This document shows, piece by piece, positions 39,863 through 50,454 of a stretch of 64,000 bases of DNA; within the stretch, counting starts at the first letter, position 1, and each line of letters starts with the position of its first letter. The notes under the pieces were generated by a model, which saw nothing but the letters and a program-made list of their open reading frames with translations, was not told where the DNA came from and did not search any database. The position numbers and the translations under genes are program-made. The DNA is taken from positions 536 to 64,535 of the forward strand of contig LFTO01000116.1 in NCBI GenBank assembly GCA_001513335.1, in the 5' to 3' direction. The stretch is from Clostridiales bacterium DTU086 (GTDB lineage Bacteria; Bacillota; DTU086).

Positions 39863-40312
39863 TTGAGAGTCTCAATTATCAACGGACCAAATCTCAACCT
39901 TTTAGGAAAAAGGGAGCCCCAGTATTACGGAGAAAACTCTCTGCAAGAGATTAATGACCATATTAACGCCGCTGTAAGCAGGTTTGGTGTAGAAGTTGAT
40001 TTTTTCCAGTCAAATCACGAAGGGGAAATAATAGATAGAATCCAGGAGGCTTCAGCAGTAAGTGACGGTATTGTCATCAATGCCGGTGCGCTGTCCCATT
40101 ATAGTTATGCCATAAGAGATGCTCTTGCTGCAGCGGGGATACCTGTCGTTGAGGTTCATATGTCCAATATTTATGCCCGGGAAGAATTCAGGCACCGTTC
40201 TGTTCTCTCTCCCGTTGTTTCGGGGCAGATTTGCGGGTTTGGTGAGTACGGCTACGTAATGGCTGTTTATGCCCTCTTAAATGCTGCCGGAGGTTACCCA
40301 CAAGATGTTTAG
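39863..40312 (+). CDS. aroQ: 3-dehydroquinate dehydratase, type II
   Basis: MRVSIINGPNLNLLGKREPQYYG..HMSNIYAREEFRH. Confidence 0.9.
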   Translation: MRVSIINGPNLNLLGKREPQYYGENSLQEINDHINAAVSRFGVEVDFFQSNHEGEIIDRIQEASAVSDGIVINAGALSHYSYAIRDALAAAGIPVVEVHMSNIYAREEFRHRSVLSPVVSGQICGFGEYGYVMAVYALLNAAGGYPQDV

Positions 40313-41375
40313 GAAAAGGCTCAGCAGACTGCGTGAGCATTTTTCCCAAGAGGGAATAGACGCTCTCCTAATCAGCAGTAATTCTAACCGAGTTTATCTC
40401 AGCGGCTTTCAGGGAACGTCAGGTTGTCTCATTATAACTTCTGACGAGCAGATATTAGTAACTGATTTTCGTTATCTCAACCAGGCCAAGAGTGAAGCAA
40501 CAGATTACCAGATTGTATTGTTTAAAACAAGTCTTCTGGAAAAAATCAATGATTTGCTGAAAGAGAGACAAATTCAAACATTAGGTTTTGAATCCCAACA
40601 CCTGACTTATGAACAATATCATAAATATAAGTCCCAGTTGGAGGTTGATTTTATTCCGGTCTCCTCTCTGGTGGAAAAACTCCGGAAACATAAAGACCCC
40701 GCTGAAATAGAAAAGGTTAAAAATGCTGTATCTGTAGCTGACAAAACTTTTGAGCACATTCTGGGATTTATCAAGCCTGGGGTAACGGAGAGGGAATTAG
40801 CCGCTGAAATGGAGTATTTTATGCGGAAAGAGGGTGCAGGAGGTCCTTCATTTGACACCATCATCGCTTCGGGTTTTCGTGGGGCCCTGCCTCACGGTAC
40901 GGCATCAGACCGGGCAATATGCCCTGGGGATTTAATTGTTATGGATTATGGGGCAATTCTGGATGGTTACTGCTCGGACATTACCCGTACAGTTGTAGTT
41001 GGTACTGCTACATCGGAACAGCGGAAAATATACGATATTGTACTTGAGGCGCAAACCGAGGCACTTGGATTTGTGGAACCTGGCAGAAAATGCTGTGAGA
41101 TAGATGCTTTAGCCCGGGATATTATTGCCGGACATGGTTTTGGTGAAAATTTCGGGCACGGTTTAGGCCACGGTGTAGGGCTGGAAGTTCACGAAAAGCC
41201 TTCCGTCAATCCCCGAAACCAGGATATATTGGAGCCGGGAATGGTTATTACTGTTGAACCAGGAATATATATTGACGGGTGGGGCGGTGTCAGGATTGAA
41301 GACATGGTGCTGGTAACAGATAAGGGGTGTGAAATATTGACTCAATCTCCAAAAGAGCTCATCGAAGTTTCTTAA
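40305..41375 (+). CDS. Xaa-Pro aminopeptidase/M24-family peptidase
   Basis: M24 pita-bread metal ligands: [39 protein letters not shown]. The ORF track starts at 40281. Confidence 0.85.
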   Translation: MFRKRLSRLREHFSQEGIDALLISSNSNRVYLSGFQGTSGCLIITSDEQILVTDFRYLNQAKSEATDYQIVLFKTSLLEKINDLLKERQIQTLGFESQHLTYEQYHKYKSQLEVDFIPVSSLVEKLRKHKDPAEIEKVKNAVSVADKTFEHILGFIKPGVTERELAAEMEYFMRKEGAGGPSFDTIIASGFRGALPHGTASDRAICPGDLIVMDYGAILDGYCSDITRTVVVGTATSEQRKIYDIVLEAQTEALGFVEPGRKCCEIDALARDIIAGHGFGENFGHGLGHGVGLEVHEKPSVNPRNQDILEPGMVITVEPGIYIDGWGGVRIEDMVLVTDKGCEILTQSPKELIEVS

Positions 41376-41453
41376 CTGGAGTTATTGCCAAAGATTTCTT
41401 TTATAAGTTACAATAGTTGGGGTTGACTTCTTAGGAACAGGAGGTAAAAATAA

Positions 41454-42017
41454 TTGATTTCTACTAATGATTTTAGGACAGGCTTAACCATAGAGCTGGA
41501 CGGCCAAGTTTGGTCTGTCGTAGAATTTATGCATGTTAAACCGGGAAAAGGGTCAGCGTTTGTAAGGTCTAAACTTAAAAACCTGGAAACGGGAGCTACC
41601 ATTGAACGGACTTTCAGGGCAGGGGAGAAGGTTCCCAGAGCCAGATTAGACCACAGAAAGATGGAGTATCTCTATAATGACGGTGAATCATATTATTTCA
41701 TGGACGAGGAAACTTTTGAACAGGCGGCTCTTTCCAAGGAACAACTGGGAGATGGAATAAAATATTTGAAGGAAAATATGGTTATTGATGTCCTGATCCA
41801 CGGGGACAGAACAATTGGAGTTGAGTTGCCCAACTTTGTCGAGCTAACCCTTGTTGAGACAGAACCTGGTATTAAGGGGGATACAGCAACCGGGGGCACC
41901 AAAGGTGCAATTACGGAAACCGGGGCAACCGTCCAGGTACCCCTTTTTGTTGAAGCCGGTGATAAAATCAGAATCGATACCCGAACCGGCGAGTATATGG
42001 AACGGGTAAAGGAATAA
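41454..42017 (+). CDS. efp: elongation factor P
   Basis: [43 protein letters not shown]. Confidence 0.95.
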   Translation: MISTNDFRTGLTIELDGQVWSVVEFMHVKPGKGSAFVRSKLKNLETGATIERTFRAGEKVPRARLDHRKMEYLYNDGESYYFMDEETFEQAALSKEQLGDGIKYLKENMVIDVLIHGDRTIGVELPNFVELTLVETEPGIKGDTATGGTKGAITETGATVQVPLFVEAGDKIRIDTRTGEYMERVKE

Positions 42018-42072
42018 GAATTGACTTATTCATGATAAAAGAACCTTTCTACTATATGTTTCCATGATACCT

Positions 42073-42102
42073 AATCCCGCACAAAACGCGGGATTTTTTT
42101 CT
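42073..42102 (+). terminator. intrinsic terminator after efp
   Basis: AATCCCGC-ACAAAAC-GCGGGATT followed by T7. Confidence 0.85.
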
Positions 42103-42238
42103 ATTGTTTTTCGCCACTGCCCCCTGGTCAAAAACGAGCTGCCAATTGGTATGGTTTGCCGTGAGTTAGATTAATCCGTCTTTTTGGCGGACATACTATT
42201 GACAGACCGGAAATTTCAAAATTGAGGGAGGTTAAATT

Positions 42239-42673
42239 TTGAAAACGATTAGAGAAAATGTATCTTACCTGCAGGGATTGGTTGAAGGAGTCAACCTGAA
42301 CGCTACAACTAATGAAGGACGTGTTATCAAAGGTATTATTGATACAATAGAGTCCCTGGCGGAAGCTGTTGAACGGCTTGAAGGAAGGCAGTCGGATTTG
42401 GAAGTTTATCTTGACAGCCTTGATGAAGAGCTGATGGATATTGAGGAAGAGATTTATCGGAGTGAGGGCGAAGGGTACGTTGAAATGGAGTGTCCCGAGT
42501 GTCATGAAGTTGTATACTTTGACACGGATATTTTAGATAGTGAGGATACCATCGAGGTTACCTGCCCCAACTGCGACTCGGTGGTTTTTGTGAACAGTGG
42601 GGACTATGATTTTACTCCTGACAGTTTGGAAACTGAACACGTTCAGGATGGTGATAAAGAAATTCTTCAATGA
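42239..42673 (+). CDS. acidic zinc-ribbon protein (two CxxC pairs), hypothetical
   Basis: TTG start with a GGGAGG RBS. CPECHE...CPNCDS zinc ribbon. Very acidic. Confidence 0.55.
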   Translation: MKTIRENVSYLQGLVEGVNLNATTNEGRVIKGIIDTIESLAEAVERLEGRQSDLEVYLDSLDEELMDIEEEIYRSEGEGYVEMECPECHEVVYFDTDILDSEDTIEVTCPNCDSVVFVNSGDYDFTPDSLETEHVQDGDKEILQ

Positions 42674-42712
42674 ACTATAGAGCTTTGTTTAAATGTTGAC
42701 GCACCTGATTGC

Positions 42713-42826
42713 ATAAGCCCGTATGTATTATTCCGCTTACGGACAAGTTCGCACACCGTTAGCGGCGGCAAAGCCGCGCAGGGCTTAAGCGATACAAGTC
42801 CCGTTCCACAACACATGCGGGCTTTC
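42713..42826 (+). repeat. copy 2 (inverted orientation) of the ~113-nt long-hairpin element
   Basis: Its reverse complement aligns with 19057-19169 at about 80% identity, including the inner GCGGC-AAA-GCCGC hairpin and the AAGCCCG/CGGGCTT termini. Confidence 0.7.
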
Positions 42827-42982
42827 AAAAAATGTTTTGAAATGTCTCAAATTGGAACTACCTCCCATTCTGCTGTTGCCGTTCCAGTTTGTACTTCCAC
42901 TTTGTCAAGAGCTTAACCTTATGCTCATAAGTCGTTTGCAAAAGCAAAGGAAGCAATTCATATGGTTTGTCGACAGTTAGGA

Positions 42983-43008
42983 CTGCGGAAATCCGCAGCT
43001 TTTTTTTT
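42983..43008 (+). terminator. intrinsic terminator upstream of spoIIIAA
   Basis: CTGCGGA-AA-TCCGCAG followed by T9. Confidence 0.85.
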
Positions 43009-43061
43009 GTGCATAATCACCGGCCATGGATAATATCTATTACTAGAAAGGTGGGACAAGA

Positions 43062-44075
43062 ATGATCTCTCTATCCCTGAAGGAAACAGAAAAAAGTTCC
43101 GAATGCAGCATTGATGCGGTTTTGGCTGCTGTTTGTCCTTCCATTATAAAGGATTTTTTAATGAAAATGGCTCCGGAACAAAGGAATCAAGTACAGGAAC
43201 TGCGCCTGAGACAGGACAGGCCTTTAAGCATTTTGCTGGACCAACGGGAATGTTTCTTAACGGTGAAGGGAGAGCCGACCTTTGACCCCCTGGCAGGGTA
43301 TTACATTACCAAGACCGATATTGATAGAGTCTTTCAAAGCATTACCCGCAATTCCGTATACGCCCTTGAGGAAGAACTGCGCAACGGCTATGTGACTATT
43401 GCCGGGGGCCATAGAATCGGGTTTACAGGAGAAGCTGTGGTTGTAGGGGGAAAAGTAAAAAACCTGAAAAATATATCTTGCCTCAATATCAGAATTGGGA
43501 GAGAGGTAAAAGGCTGCGCAGATAAAGTTCTGCCTTGGATAATTAACAGGCAGAATAATGCAGTTATGCACACACTAATTATTTCACCGCCAAAGTGCGG
43601 AAAGACAACCCTTCTCAGGGACATTATCCGGCAGTTAAGCAACGGTATACCCAAGCTTGGTTTCCCTGGTGTCAATGTGGGCGTAGTGGATGAAAGATCG
43701 GAGTTGGCCAGTTGTTACATGGGCCTTCCTCAAAAAGAAATAGGCATTAGAAGTGATGTCCTGGATAAATGTCCCAAAGCGGAAGGAATGTATATGCTGG
43801 TACGTTCCATGTCCCCACAGGTAATTGCCACTGATGAAATCGGGAGAAGGGAAGATGTGGCTGCAGTTCAAGAAGTCCTTAACGCAGGAATCAAATTGAT
43901 TACATCCGTTCACGGAACCAACCCGGAAGATATAAAACGGCGGCCTGTAATGGGAGAGATTATGGATATGCAGTTGTTTGAGCGACTGGTCGTTCTTGGG
44001 AGGTCCCAAGGGGTAGGTACTTTGGAAGAAGTGATCGATGGGACTACAGGAAGATCTTTGTTTCAAAGAAGGTGA
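43062..44075 (+). CDS. spoIIIAA: stage III sporulation protein AA (ATPase)
   Basis: Walker A SPPKCGKTTLLRD. Conserved SpoIIIAA layout. Confidence 0.9.
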   Translation: MISLSLKETEKSSECSIDAVLAAVCPSIIKDFLMKMAPEQRNQVQELRLRQDRPLSILLDQRECFLTVKGEPTFDPLAGYYITKTDIDRVFQSITRNSVYALEEELRNGYVTIAGGHRIGFTGEAVVVGGKVKNLKNISCLNIRIGREVKGCADKVLPWIINRQNNAVMHTLIISPPKCGKTTLLRDIIRQLSNGIPKLGFPGVNVGVVDERSELASCYMGLPQKEIGIRSDVLDKCPKAEGMYMLVRSMSPQVIATDEIGRREDVAAVQEVLNAGIKLITSVHGTNPEDIKRRPVMGEIMDMQLFERLVVLGRSQGVGTLEEVIDGTTGRSLFQRR

Positions 44076-44599
44076 GACCCATTATAAAAATCACTGCTTC
44101 GTTATTGATAATAATGTCCTGCGGAATGGCCGGGTTGATTATGGCCCATTCCTATGCTTCCAGGCCGGATCAGCTGAAAGCTCTAATTTATGCCTTAAAA
44201 ATGCTGGAAACCGAAATTGCCTATACCCTTACTCCTCTCCCGGAGGCCCTTTTTAGAGTCGGGAAAAGGGTTGGTGGTGAAATTGGTGAGTTTTTTATAT
44301 CTGTAGGCACCCAATTAAGTCACGAAAACGCACCTATATGCGGAGAGGTCTGGGATTACAGTCTAGCCGGATTGAAAGAAAGTACTTGTCTCACTACCGG
44401 CGACCTGGGTATTTTACGCAATTTTGGTAATAACCTGGGGTTATCTGACAGGGAAGACCAGATAAAAAACCTTAAGCTCACCCAGGAGCAGTTGAACAAT
44501 CATTTGTATTCTGCTGAAAAGCTCCGGGAAAAGAATCAGAGAATGTGGCGCACTGTTGGTTTTTTAGCTGGATTGGCTGTAGTGTTTATCCTTTACTAG
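44072..44599 (+). CDS. spoIIIAB: stage III sporulation protein AB
   Basis: Position in the operon. N-terminal TM helix. About 175 aa. Confidence 0.8.
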   Translation: MRPIIKITASLLIIMSCGMAGLIMAHSYASRPDQLKALIYALKMLETEIAYTLTPLPEALFRVGKRVGGEIGEFFISVGTQLSHENAPICGEVWDYSLAGLKESTCLTTGDLGILRNFGNNLGLSDREDQIKNLKLTQEQLNNHLYSAEKLREKNQRMWRTVGFLAGLAVVFILY

Positions 44600-44617
44600 A
44601 AGAAAGGAGAATCCCGA

Positions 44618-44815
44618 ATGGAAGTAGATATAATTTTCAAAATTGCTGGTATCGGCATAATAACAGCTGTTCTTCACAGTATTTTGAAAGAATTCGGAAA
44701 GCAGGAACTTGCCCAGCTCACAACCCTTGCAGGTGTTGCTGTATGCCTCCTAATGGTAATCGGTATTTTGCAGGACCTTTTTGCAATTGTCAGGACGGTA
44801 TTCCAACTTTACTAA
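44618..44815 (+). CDS. spoIIIAC: stage III sporulation protein AC
   Basis: 65-aa two-helix membrane protein, MEVDIIFKIAGIGIITAV. Confidence 0.85.
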   Translation: MEVDIIFKIAGIGIITAVLHSILKEFGKQELAQLTTLAGVAVCLLMVIGILQDLFAIVRTVFQLY

Positions 44816-44825
44816 GAGGTGTGCT

Positions 44826-45212
44826 ATGGAAATATTACAGGTTGTAGGTTTAGGGTTCATATCGGTTGCGCTCCTAACCGTGCTTAAACAGCAGAAACCG
44901 GAAATAGCAGTCCTCTTGAGCATTGCCGCAGGCGTTACAATTTTTTTGTTTGTCCTGGGCAAGGTTTCCAGCATTATACAGGTCTTGGAAAATCTAGCCC
45001 GCAGTGCTGATGTAAACAACTTTTATTTGACTACGATACTAAAAATTGTCGGTATTGCCTATATTGGTGATTTTGGAGCCCAGGTGTGCAGGGATGCTGG
45101 AGAGTCGGCTATAGCGTCAAAAGTTGAATTTGCAGCCAAGGTACTGGTACTGATAGTAGCTCTGCCCATCGTGGTAGGCTTGCTGGAGACAATAACCAGG
45201 CTGCTTCCATGA
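44826..45212 (+). CDS. spoIIIAD: stage III sporulation protein AD
   Basis: MEILQVVGLGFISVALL start. The ORF track begins at 44781 in the same frame. Confidence 0.85.
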   Translation: MEILQVVGLGFISVALLTVLKQQKPEIAVLLSIAAGVTIFLFVLGKVSSIIQVLENLARSADVNNFYLTTILKIVGIAYIGDFGAQVCRDAGESAIASKVEFAAKVLVLIVALPIVVGLLETITRLLP

Positions 45213-46396
45213 GATTGCTTATGAAAAGACTAGTCATTTTTTTGGTAATAATATCTAGTACATTGCTTTTTCCTGTTAGTGCTCCAGCACAGGAAGAAAC
45301 GGATCTGCCGGCCACAAACCTGGAGAGGCAGCTCGAAAGCCTCGACCTTTCCGAGCTCCAGCAGTTTATTGAGGAAATTGAAAAGGATGTGGGTTCATAT
45401 ATTCCCGATTTTGGTCTGGAGAGTGTGATTGAGGACATTCGCAGCGGAGATCTTGACTTTAATTTTGCCGGTTTTATAAAAGGCTTAATAGAATACTTGT
45501 TTCATGAATTAATTGCCCATTCTTCCCTTTTAGGCCGTTTAGTAGTTCTGGCAGTAATCTCTGCCGTCCTATATAACCTTCTTGATGCCTTTGAAGGTTC
45601 GACAGGTAGAATAGCTTACACTGTTGTCTATCTTGTACTGATTACTATTGCCCTGGGGTCATTTTCTGCTGCTGTAAAAATCGGGAGTGAGGCAATTACC
45701 CAAATGGTGAATTTTGTACAAGCGCTCCTTCCTGTCCTGTTGACCCTTCTTGCGGCAATTGGGGGTATCAGCTCTGCGGCTATTTTACATCCTTTTATTA
45801 TTGTTGCACTGGGCCTTCTAGGAACACTGATAAAAAATTTTGTGTTTCCTCTGATTTACCTGTCAGCAGTACTGGGAATTGTAAACCATATTTCTGAAAG
45901 GTTTAACGTTTCACGGCTTGCAGGTCTGATGAAACAAATCAGCGTTGCTTCTTTAGGTATTTTCCTGACTCTTTTTGTGGGTTTTTTAGGTTTACAGGGG
46001 ATAGCCGGTGCCGTTGCTGACAGTGTGACGTTAAAAACTGCCAAATTTATGGCAGGGACATTTGTCCCCGTGGTTGGGAAAATACTGGCCGATGCCACGG
46101 AAGTAGTACTGGGTACTTCACTGTTGATAAAAAATGCTGTTGGAGTTGTAGGAATAGTAATCCTGTTTATTATTTGTGTTTTTCCGGTGATCAAGATTAT
46201 AGCCATGGTGCTGGTCTACAGGCTGGCGGCAGCTTTGGTACAGCCTATAGGGGATAGCAAAATTGCCGGAGCCCTTGATACAATGGCAGGTATGCTTACT
46301 CTGGTATTTGCCTCGGTTGTAGCAGTTGGATTCATGTTTTTCCTGGCAATTGCAGTAATTATCGGACTGAGCAATATTAACGTTATGCTGAGGTAG
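45209..46396 (+). CDS. spoIIIAE: stage III sporulation protein AE
   Basis: Signal peptide plus a polytopic membrane domain. 395 aa. Operon position. Confidence 0.85.
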   Translation: MRLLMKRLVIFLVIISSTLLFPVSAPAQEETDLPATNLERQLESLDLSELQQFIEEIEKDVGSYIPDFGLESVIEDIRSGDLDFNFAGFIKGLIEYLFHELIAHSSLLGRLVVLAVISAVLYNLLDAFEGSTGRIAYTVVYLVLITIALGSFSAAVKIGSEAITQMVNFVQALLPVLLTLLAAIGGISSAAILHPFIIVALGLLGTLIKNFVFPLIYLSAVLGIVNHISERFNVSRLAGLMKQISVASLGIFLTLFVGFLGLQGIAGAVADSVTLKTAKFMAGTFVPVVGKILADATEVVLGTSLLIKNAVGVVGIVILFIICVFPVIKIIAMVLVYRLAAALVQPIGDSKIAGALDTMAGMLTLVFASVVAVGFMFFLAIAVIIGLSNINVMLR

Positions 46397-46420
46397 TCTT
46401 TTTATATAGAGGGGATAATA

Positions 46421-47044
46421 ATGGATGTCTTAAAAGAAATGGTCCGGAACCTGGCAGCAATAATAATCCTTACTTCCTTCCTGGAAATGCTCCTTCCAAA
46501 TACCAAAATGAAAGGCTATACCCGGCTTATATTAGGGCTTTTTGTAATCGTAATCGTACTCAATCCCGTCCTGAATTTTTTGGACAGCGGTACGGGATAT
46601 AGTATTCAGGCCTGGTCATATCCCTCAAAAAACCATGAACTGAATGCCATTCTTGAGGATGCCCAGGAAATTACTGCACAATCTCAGAGATCGATATTTA
46701 ACGAGTACCGCAGTAAAGTGGAACAGCAGATCGCAGCCCTGGTGAGACTTTCCCCGGAAGTGAGCCGTGCGGACGTTGAAATAAAAATTGGGGAAGGCAT
46801 CTCCCTGGCAGAAGAAGGCAGGATTGAAAGAGTTAAAATCACCGCTCATGTTAAGGATCGGGATACTGCTGGAAAAGGGGAAAGTAAACATGAAAATAGC
46901 AATTCCATTGAGTTGGACAGCAGATATGATCCTGTAAAAAATCGGCAACAGGAGCGGGAAGAACTGAGAGAAAGGATCAGGTCAATAGTTGGGGATTTCT
47001 TCGGGTTGAAGCTGGACCAGGTTGATGTGCAACTGGAAAATTAG
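46421..47044 (+). CDS. spoIIIAF: stage III sporulation protein AF
   Basis: Two N-terminal TM helices. 207 aa. Operon position. Confidence 0.8.
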   Translation: MDVLKEMVRNLAAIIILTSFLEMLLPNTKMKGYTRLILGLFVIVIVLNPVLNFLDSGTGYSIQAWSYPSKNHELNAILEDAQEITAQSQRSIFNEYRSKVEQQIAALVRLSPEVSRADVEIKIGEGISLAEEGRIERVKITAHVKDRDTAGKGESKHENSNSIELDSRYDPVKNRQQEREELRERIRSIVGDFFGLKLDQVDVQLEN

Positions 47045-47061
47045 ATGGAGGTGCTGTTGTT

Positions 47062-47676
47062 ATGAAAAAAAAAGCTGGCCAGTATATTAATTTTTCCAGG
47101 AAAAAGCTGCCGCTCCTTATAGTTTTATTTCTTATTGGTGTCTTACTATTGGTTGTCAGTAGCTTTATTCCCAGCGGCCAACGGGGCCATGATGTGGTTG
47201 GGGAATTACCTGTAGTGGGAAAAGAGCAGGAAAGTACAGCCGACCCTGAAAGTACTTCCGTGCTGGCCCGAGCAGAAACAGAAATGGAAAACCGGTTGGA
47301 GGCAATTCTATCTACAATTGAAGGGGTCGGAAGTGTTTCGGTAAGTGTAACCCTGGAAAACGGTCCGGAGTATATTTATGCAGTAAATGAAAATATTAAC
47401 GAAAGTAAAATAGAAGAAAAAGATAACAGCGGGGGCCACCGTATTACTACAGAAACCACAAACAGTGACCAGATGGTACTGGCTCAGCCGGCGGATATGG
47501 GCGGGGGCCAGCAGCCGGTGGTTGTAAAAGAAATTAAACCTAAGATTGCCGGTGTTCTTGTTGCTGCCGAAGGTGCGGATAATGCTGAAACCAGGATAAA
47601 CTTGTCCAGGGCTGTCCAAACCGTGTTAAATATTCCGGCTCATAAAGTAAGCGTACTGCAAAAAAACATTGAATAG
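47062..47676 (+). CDS. spoIIIAG: stage III sporulation protein AG
   Basis: N-terminal TM helix. Conserved C-terminal AGVLVAAEGADNAETRINLSRAV. Confidence 0.85.
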   Translation: MKKKAGQYINFSRKKLPLLIVLFLIGVLLLVVSSFIPSGQRGHDVVGELPVVGKEQESTADPESTSVLARAETEMENRLEAILSTIEGVGSVSVSVTLENGPEYIYAVNENINESKIEEKDNSGGHRITTETTNSDQMVLAQPADMGGGQQPVVVKEIKPKIAGVLVAAEGADNAETRINLSRAVQTVLNIPAHKVSVLQKNIE

Positions 47677-47691
47677 GAAGGAGGGATAGAG

Positions 47692-48306
47692 GTGATGATT
47701 TTCACCAGTCGAAGGACCGCATTAGTAGTAGCATTGTTTATTATAGCCCTTTTCTTGGTGATAGGGTTTATTATCTATGGGACAATACCCAACCTAAAGG
47801 ATGATAAAACCCCTGTGCACGGCGAAACAATTATTAACGGCAAAGAAAATCCCGGAGAAGGTTCAGAGGAAGAGGAAGAGGGGACGGTCGTTACAGGGGA
47901 AAAAAGCAGTGTCCCTGGAAAACTTCCTATTGAAATTAAAGGGGAGCAGACAAGCTCCGATGATGATTTTTTTGCCAATTACCGCCTGGACAGGGAAAGG
48001 GTCCGGGGCCACCAGGTAGAACTGCTCCAAGAAGTAATCAATGATCCCAATTCAGATGCGGGCATGCGCAAGGAAGCACAGGATAGGTTGATTCAAATTT
48101 CCGAACGTATGGACAAAGAACTGCAGCTGGAGGCACTTATTAAGGCAAAAGGATTTAACGAGGCGGCGCTATTTATTCAACCGGAGTCAGCCACTGCAAT
48201 TCTGGAAAAGGACGGGATGGTTGAGAGCGACGTAGCAGTTGTGGCAGATATGATTTCCCGTGTTACAGGATATAAGCTGGAAGACATCGTGGTAATTCCC
48301 AAATAG
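47692..48306 (+). CDS. spoIIIAH: stage III sporulation protein AH
   Basis: N-terminal TM helix. Acidic linker. YscJ/FliF-like C-terminal domain. Operon position. Confidence 0.8.
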   Translation: MMIFTSRRTALVVALFIIALFLVIGFIIYGTIPNLKDDKTPVHGETIINGKENPGEGSEEEEEGTVVTGEKSSVPGKLPIEIKGEQTSSDDDFFANYRLDRERVRGHQVELLQEVINDPNSDAGMRKEAQDRLIQISERMDKELQLEALIKAKGFNEAALFIQPESATAILEKDGMVESDVAVVADMISRVTGYKLEDIVVIPK

Positions 48307-48349
48307 TGTATATAATTCTGAAATATTATGTATACACGTTGTAAAGATA

Positions 48350-48378
48350 TTGCATAAACCTACATAGGTTTATATAAT
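48350..48378 (+). promoter_or_regulatory. sigma-A promoter TTGCAT-17-TATAAT with a perfect palindrome AAACCTA-CA-TAGGTTT in the spacer (candidate operator)
   Basis: Hexamers at 48350-48355 and 48373-48378. The palindrome lies at 48356-48371. Confidence 0.5.
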
Positions 48379-48576
48379 AACCGTAGTACTTCAGGTTGGT
48401 TTAATGCCAACCTTTAATTTTAGCTGCTGTCAACACCGCATTCCTTGTTGCTGATATTCCTGGGTTAATTTGCTGCGACAAGGTAAAAAATATATACATC
48501 TTTTCCTGAAATTTGTAATTGAGATACCACAAGGGAGGAGATTTTCAGGAGTTTAATAAAAGGGGGAGTTTTTCTA

Positions 48577-50451
48577 GTGAAAAAAATCGGTATAACAGAC
48601 ACCACTCTTAGAGATGCTCACCAGAGCTTGTGGGCAACAAGAATGAGCACGGCAGATATGATACCCATTTTGGAGAGAATTGATTCTCTGGGTTATTCCT
48701 CTGTAGAAGTTTGGGGGGGAGCAACCTTTGATGTTTGCCTGAGGTACCTTAACGAATGTCCCTGGGAAAGGTTGCGTATTCTTAAAAAATACTTTAAGAG
48801 GACACCTCTACAGATGCTTTTGCGTGGGCAGGCATTAGTAGGTTATACCCATTACCCTGATGATGTGGTGGACAGCTTTGTAGCCAAATCCGTGGAAAAC
48901 GGAATTGACATTATCCGGATTTTTGATGCCCTCAATGACCTCCGGAACATGGAAAAGTCAATTACAGTTGCCAAGAGAGAAGGGGCTCATGTTCAGGGTG
49001 CCGTTGTGTACACAGTAAGCCCTGTTCACAGCATTGAGCATTATGTTGACGTAGCACTGCAGCTCCAGGAGATGGGAGTTGACTCCCTCTGTGTAAAAGA
49101 TATGGCTGGTTTATTGACTCCTTATGTTGCCGGAAAGCTGGTTAAACTCCTTAAGGAAAAGTTGAACATACCCATACACCTTCACAGCCATTATGTTGGT
49201 GGGCTGGCTTTTGGGGCCTACATCAAAGGTATTGAAGCAGGTGCGGATAATATTGACTGTGCTTCCGTTCCTTTGGCCTTCGGTTCTTCCCAGCCTCCTG
49301 TGGAGACCATCGTTCGTACATTGAGTGAAAGTGGCTATGATACAGGTCTTGATCTACACGACTTGTTTGAAGTTGCCAGCTACTTTGAAGACCTGCGCAA
49401 GAAAAACGGTTTCCAGAGAGGGGTTACCCGGATTACTGACATGGGGGTTTTTGAACACCAGGTACCCGGGGGAATGATATCTAACCTGGTGAGCCAGCTT
49501 AAGGAACAGAACGCTGCAGAAAAGATCAATGAGGTACTGAGAGAGATTCCCAAGGTGAGGAAGGAACTTGGGTATCCGCCCCTCGTTACCCCTACCAGCC
49601 AGATAGTAGGAACCCAGGCAGTATTAAACGTTTTGACTAAGGAAAGATATAAGCTTATCCCCGGCGAAGTTAAAGCATACGTAAGGGGGGCCTACGGGAA
49701 ACCACCGGCAAAAATTGACGAGAAAATACGTGAAAAGATAATGGGTGACGAGCCCATATACGAGGGAAGACCGGCAGATCTATTAGAGCCTGGGTTGGAG
49801 AAAGCCAGGGAAGAAATAAAGGACATGGTATCTTCCGAAGAAGACGTGCTGTCCTATGCACTGTTCCCACAGATAGCCAGAAAATTTTTCTCTAATCCCT
49901 GTGAAACTAAGTTTGAATCTGCTAAGCAAGAAGTGGCTGGCTCCATGGATCATATTGTCCTTGAGGAGGTCGCTGGTATAGAAGAGGAGGACGAAAGTAT
50001 GAAATTGACTGATATTAAAGAACTCTTAAAGGCGCTGAACGAAACGGGTACTACCGAGTTTAACTATGAAGGTGACGGTATGCGGCTGGTAGTACGGAGA
50101 GGAAAAGTTGTTGCTGTTGAAGATGAAAAAGGGATAGACATTTCCGTGGAAGAAAAACCTGCTGTGGAAGCTCCCCCTGGGGAACCTCCAGTAGAGGAAG
50201 TGGAAGATGACATTGTTGTTATAGAAGCCCCTATGGTAGGTACCTTCTATCGTGCTCCCGCCCCCGATGCACCGCCTTTTGTGGAAGTCGGTTCAAAGGT
50301 AAAGAAAGGACAGACCCTGTGCATTGTTGAGGCCATGAAGCTGATGAATGAAATTGAGACTGATGTAGACGGCGAAGTTGTTGAAATTCTAGTTGAGAAT
50401 GCGCAGCCTGTTGAATATGGCTGTCCACTGTTCAAAATAAAGAGAGGGTAA
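48577..50451 (+). CDS. pyruvate carboxylase subunit B/oxaloacetate decarboxylase alpha-like (5S carboxyltransferase fused to a biotin carboxyl carrier domain)
   Basis: GTG start. TIM-barrel carboxyltransferase region [12 protein letters not shown]-terminal biotinyl domain [13 protein letters not shown]. Confidence 0.85.
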   Translation: MKKIGITDTTLRDAHQSLWATRMSTADMIPILERIDSLGYSSVEVWGGATFDVCLRYLNECPWERLRILKKYFKRTPLQMLLRGQALVGYTHYPDDVVDSFVAKSVENGIDIIRIFDALNDLRNMEKSITVAKREGAHVQGAVVYTVSPVHSIEHYVDVALQLQEMGVDSLCVKDMAGLLTPYVAGKLVKLLKEKLNIPIHLHSHYVGGLAFGAYIKGIEAGADNIDCASVPLAFGSSQPPVETIVRTLSESGYDTGLDLHDLFEVASYFEDLRKKNGFQRGVTRITDMGVFEHQVPGGMISNLVSQLKEQNAAEKINEVLREIPKVRKELGYPPLVTPTSQIVGTQAVLNVLTKERYKLIPGEVKAYVRGAYGKPPAKIDEKIREKIMGDEPIYEGRPADLLEPGLEKAREEIKDMVSSEEDVLSYALFPQIARKFFSNPCETKFESAKQEVAGSMDHIVLEEVAGIEEEDESMKLTDIKELLKALNETGTTEFNYEGDGMRLVVRRGKVVAVEDEKGIDISVEEKPAVEAPPGEPPVEEVEDDIVVIEAPMVGTFYRAPAPDAPPFVEVGSKVKKGQTLCIVEAMKLMNEIETDVDGEVVEILVENAQPVEYGCPLFKIKRG

Positions 50452-50454
50452 ATT

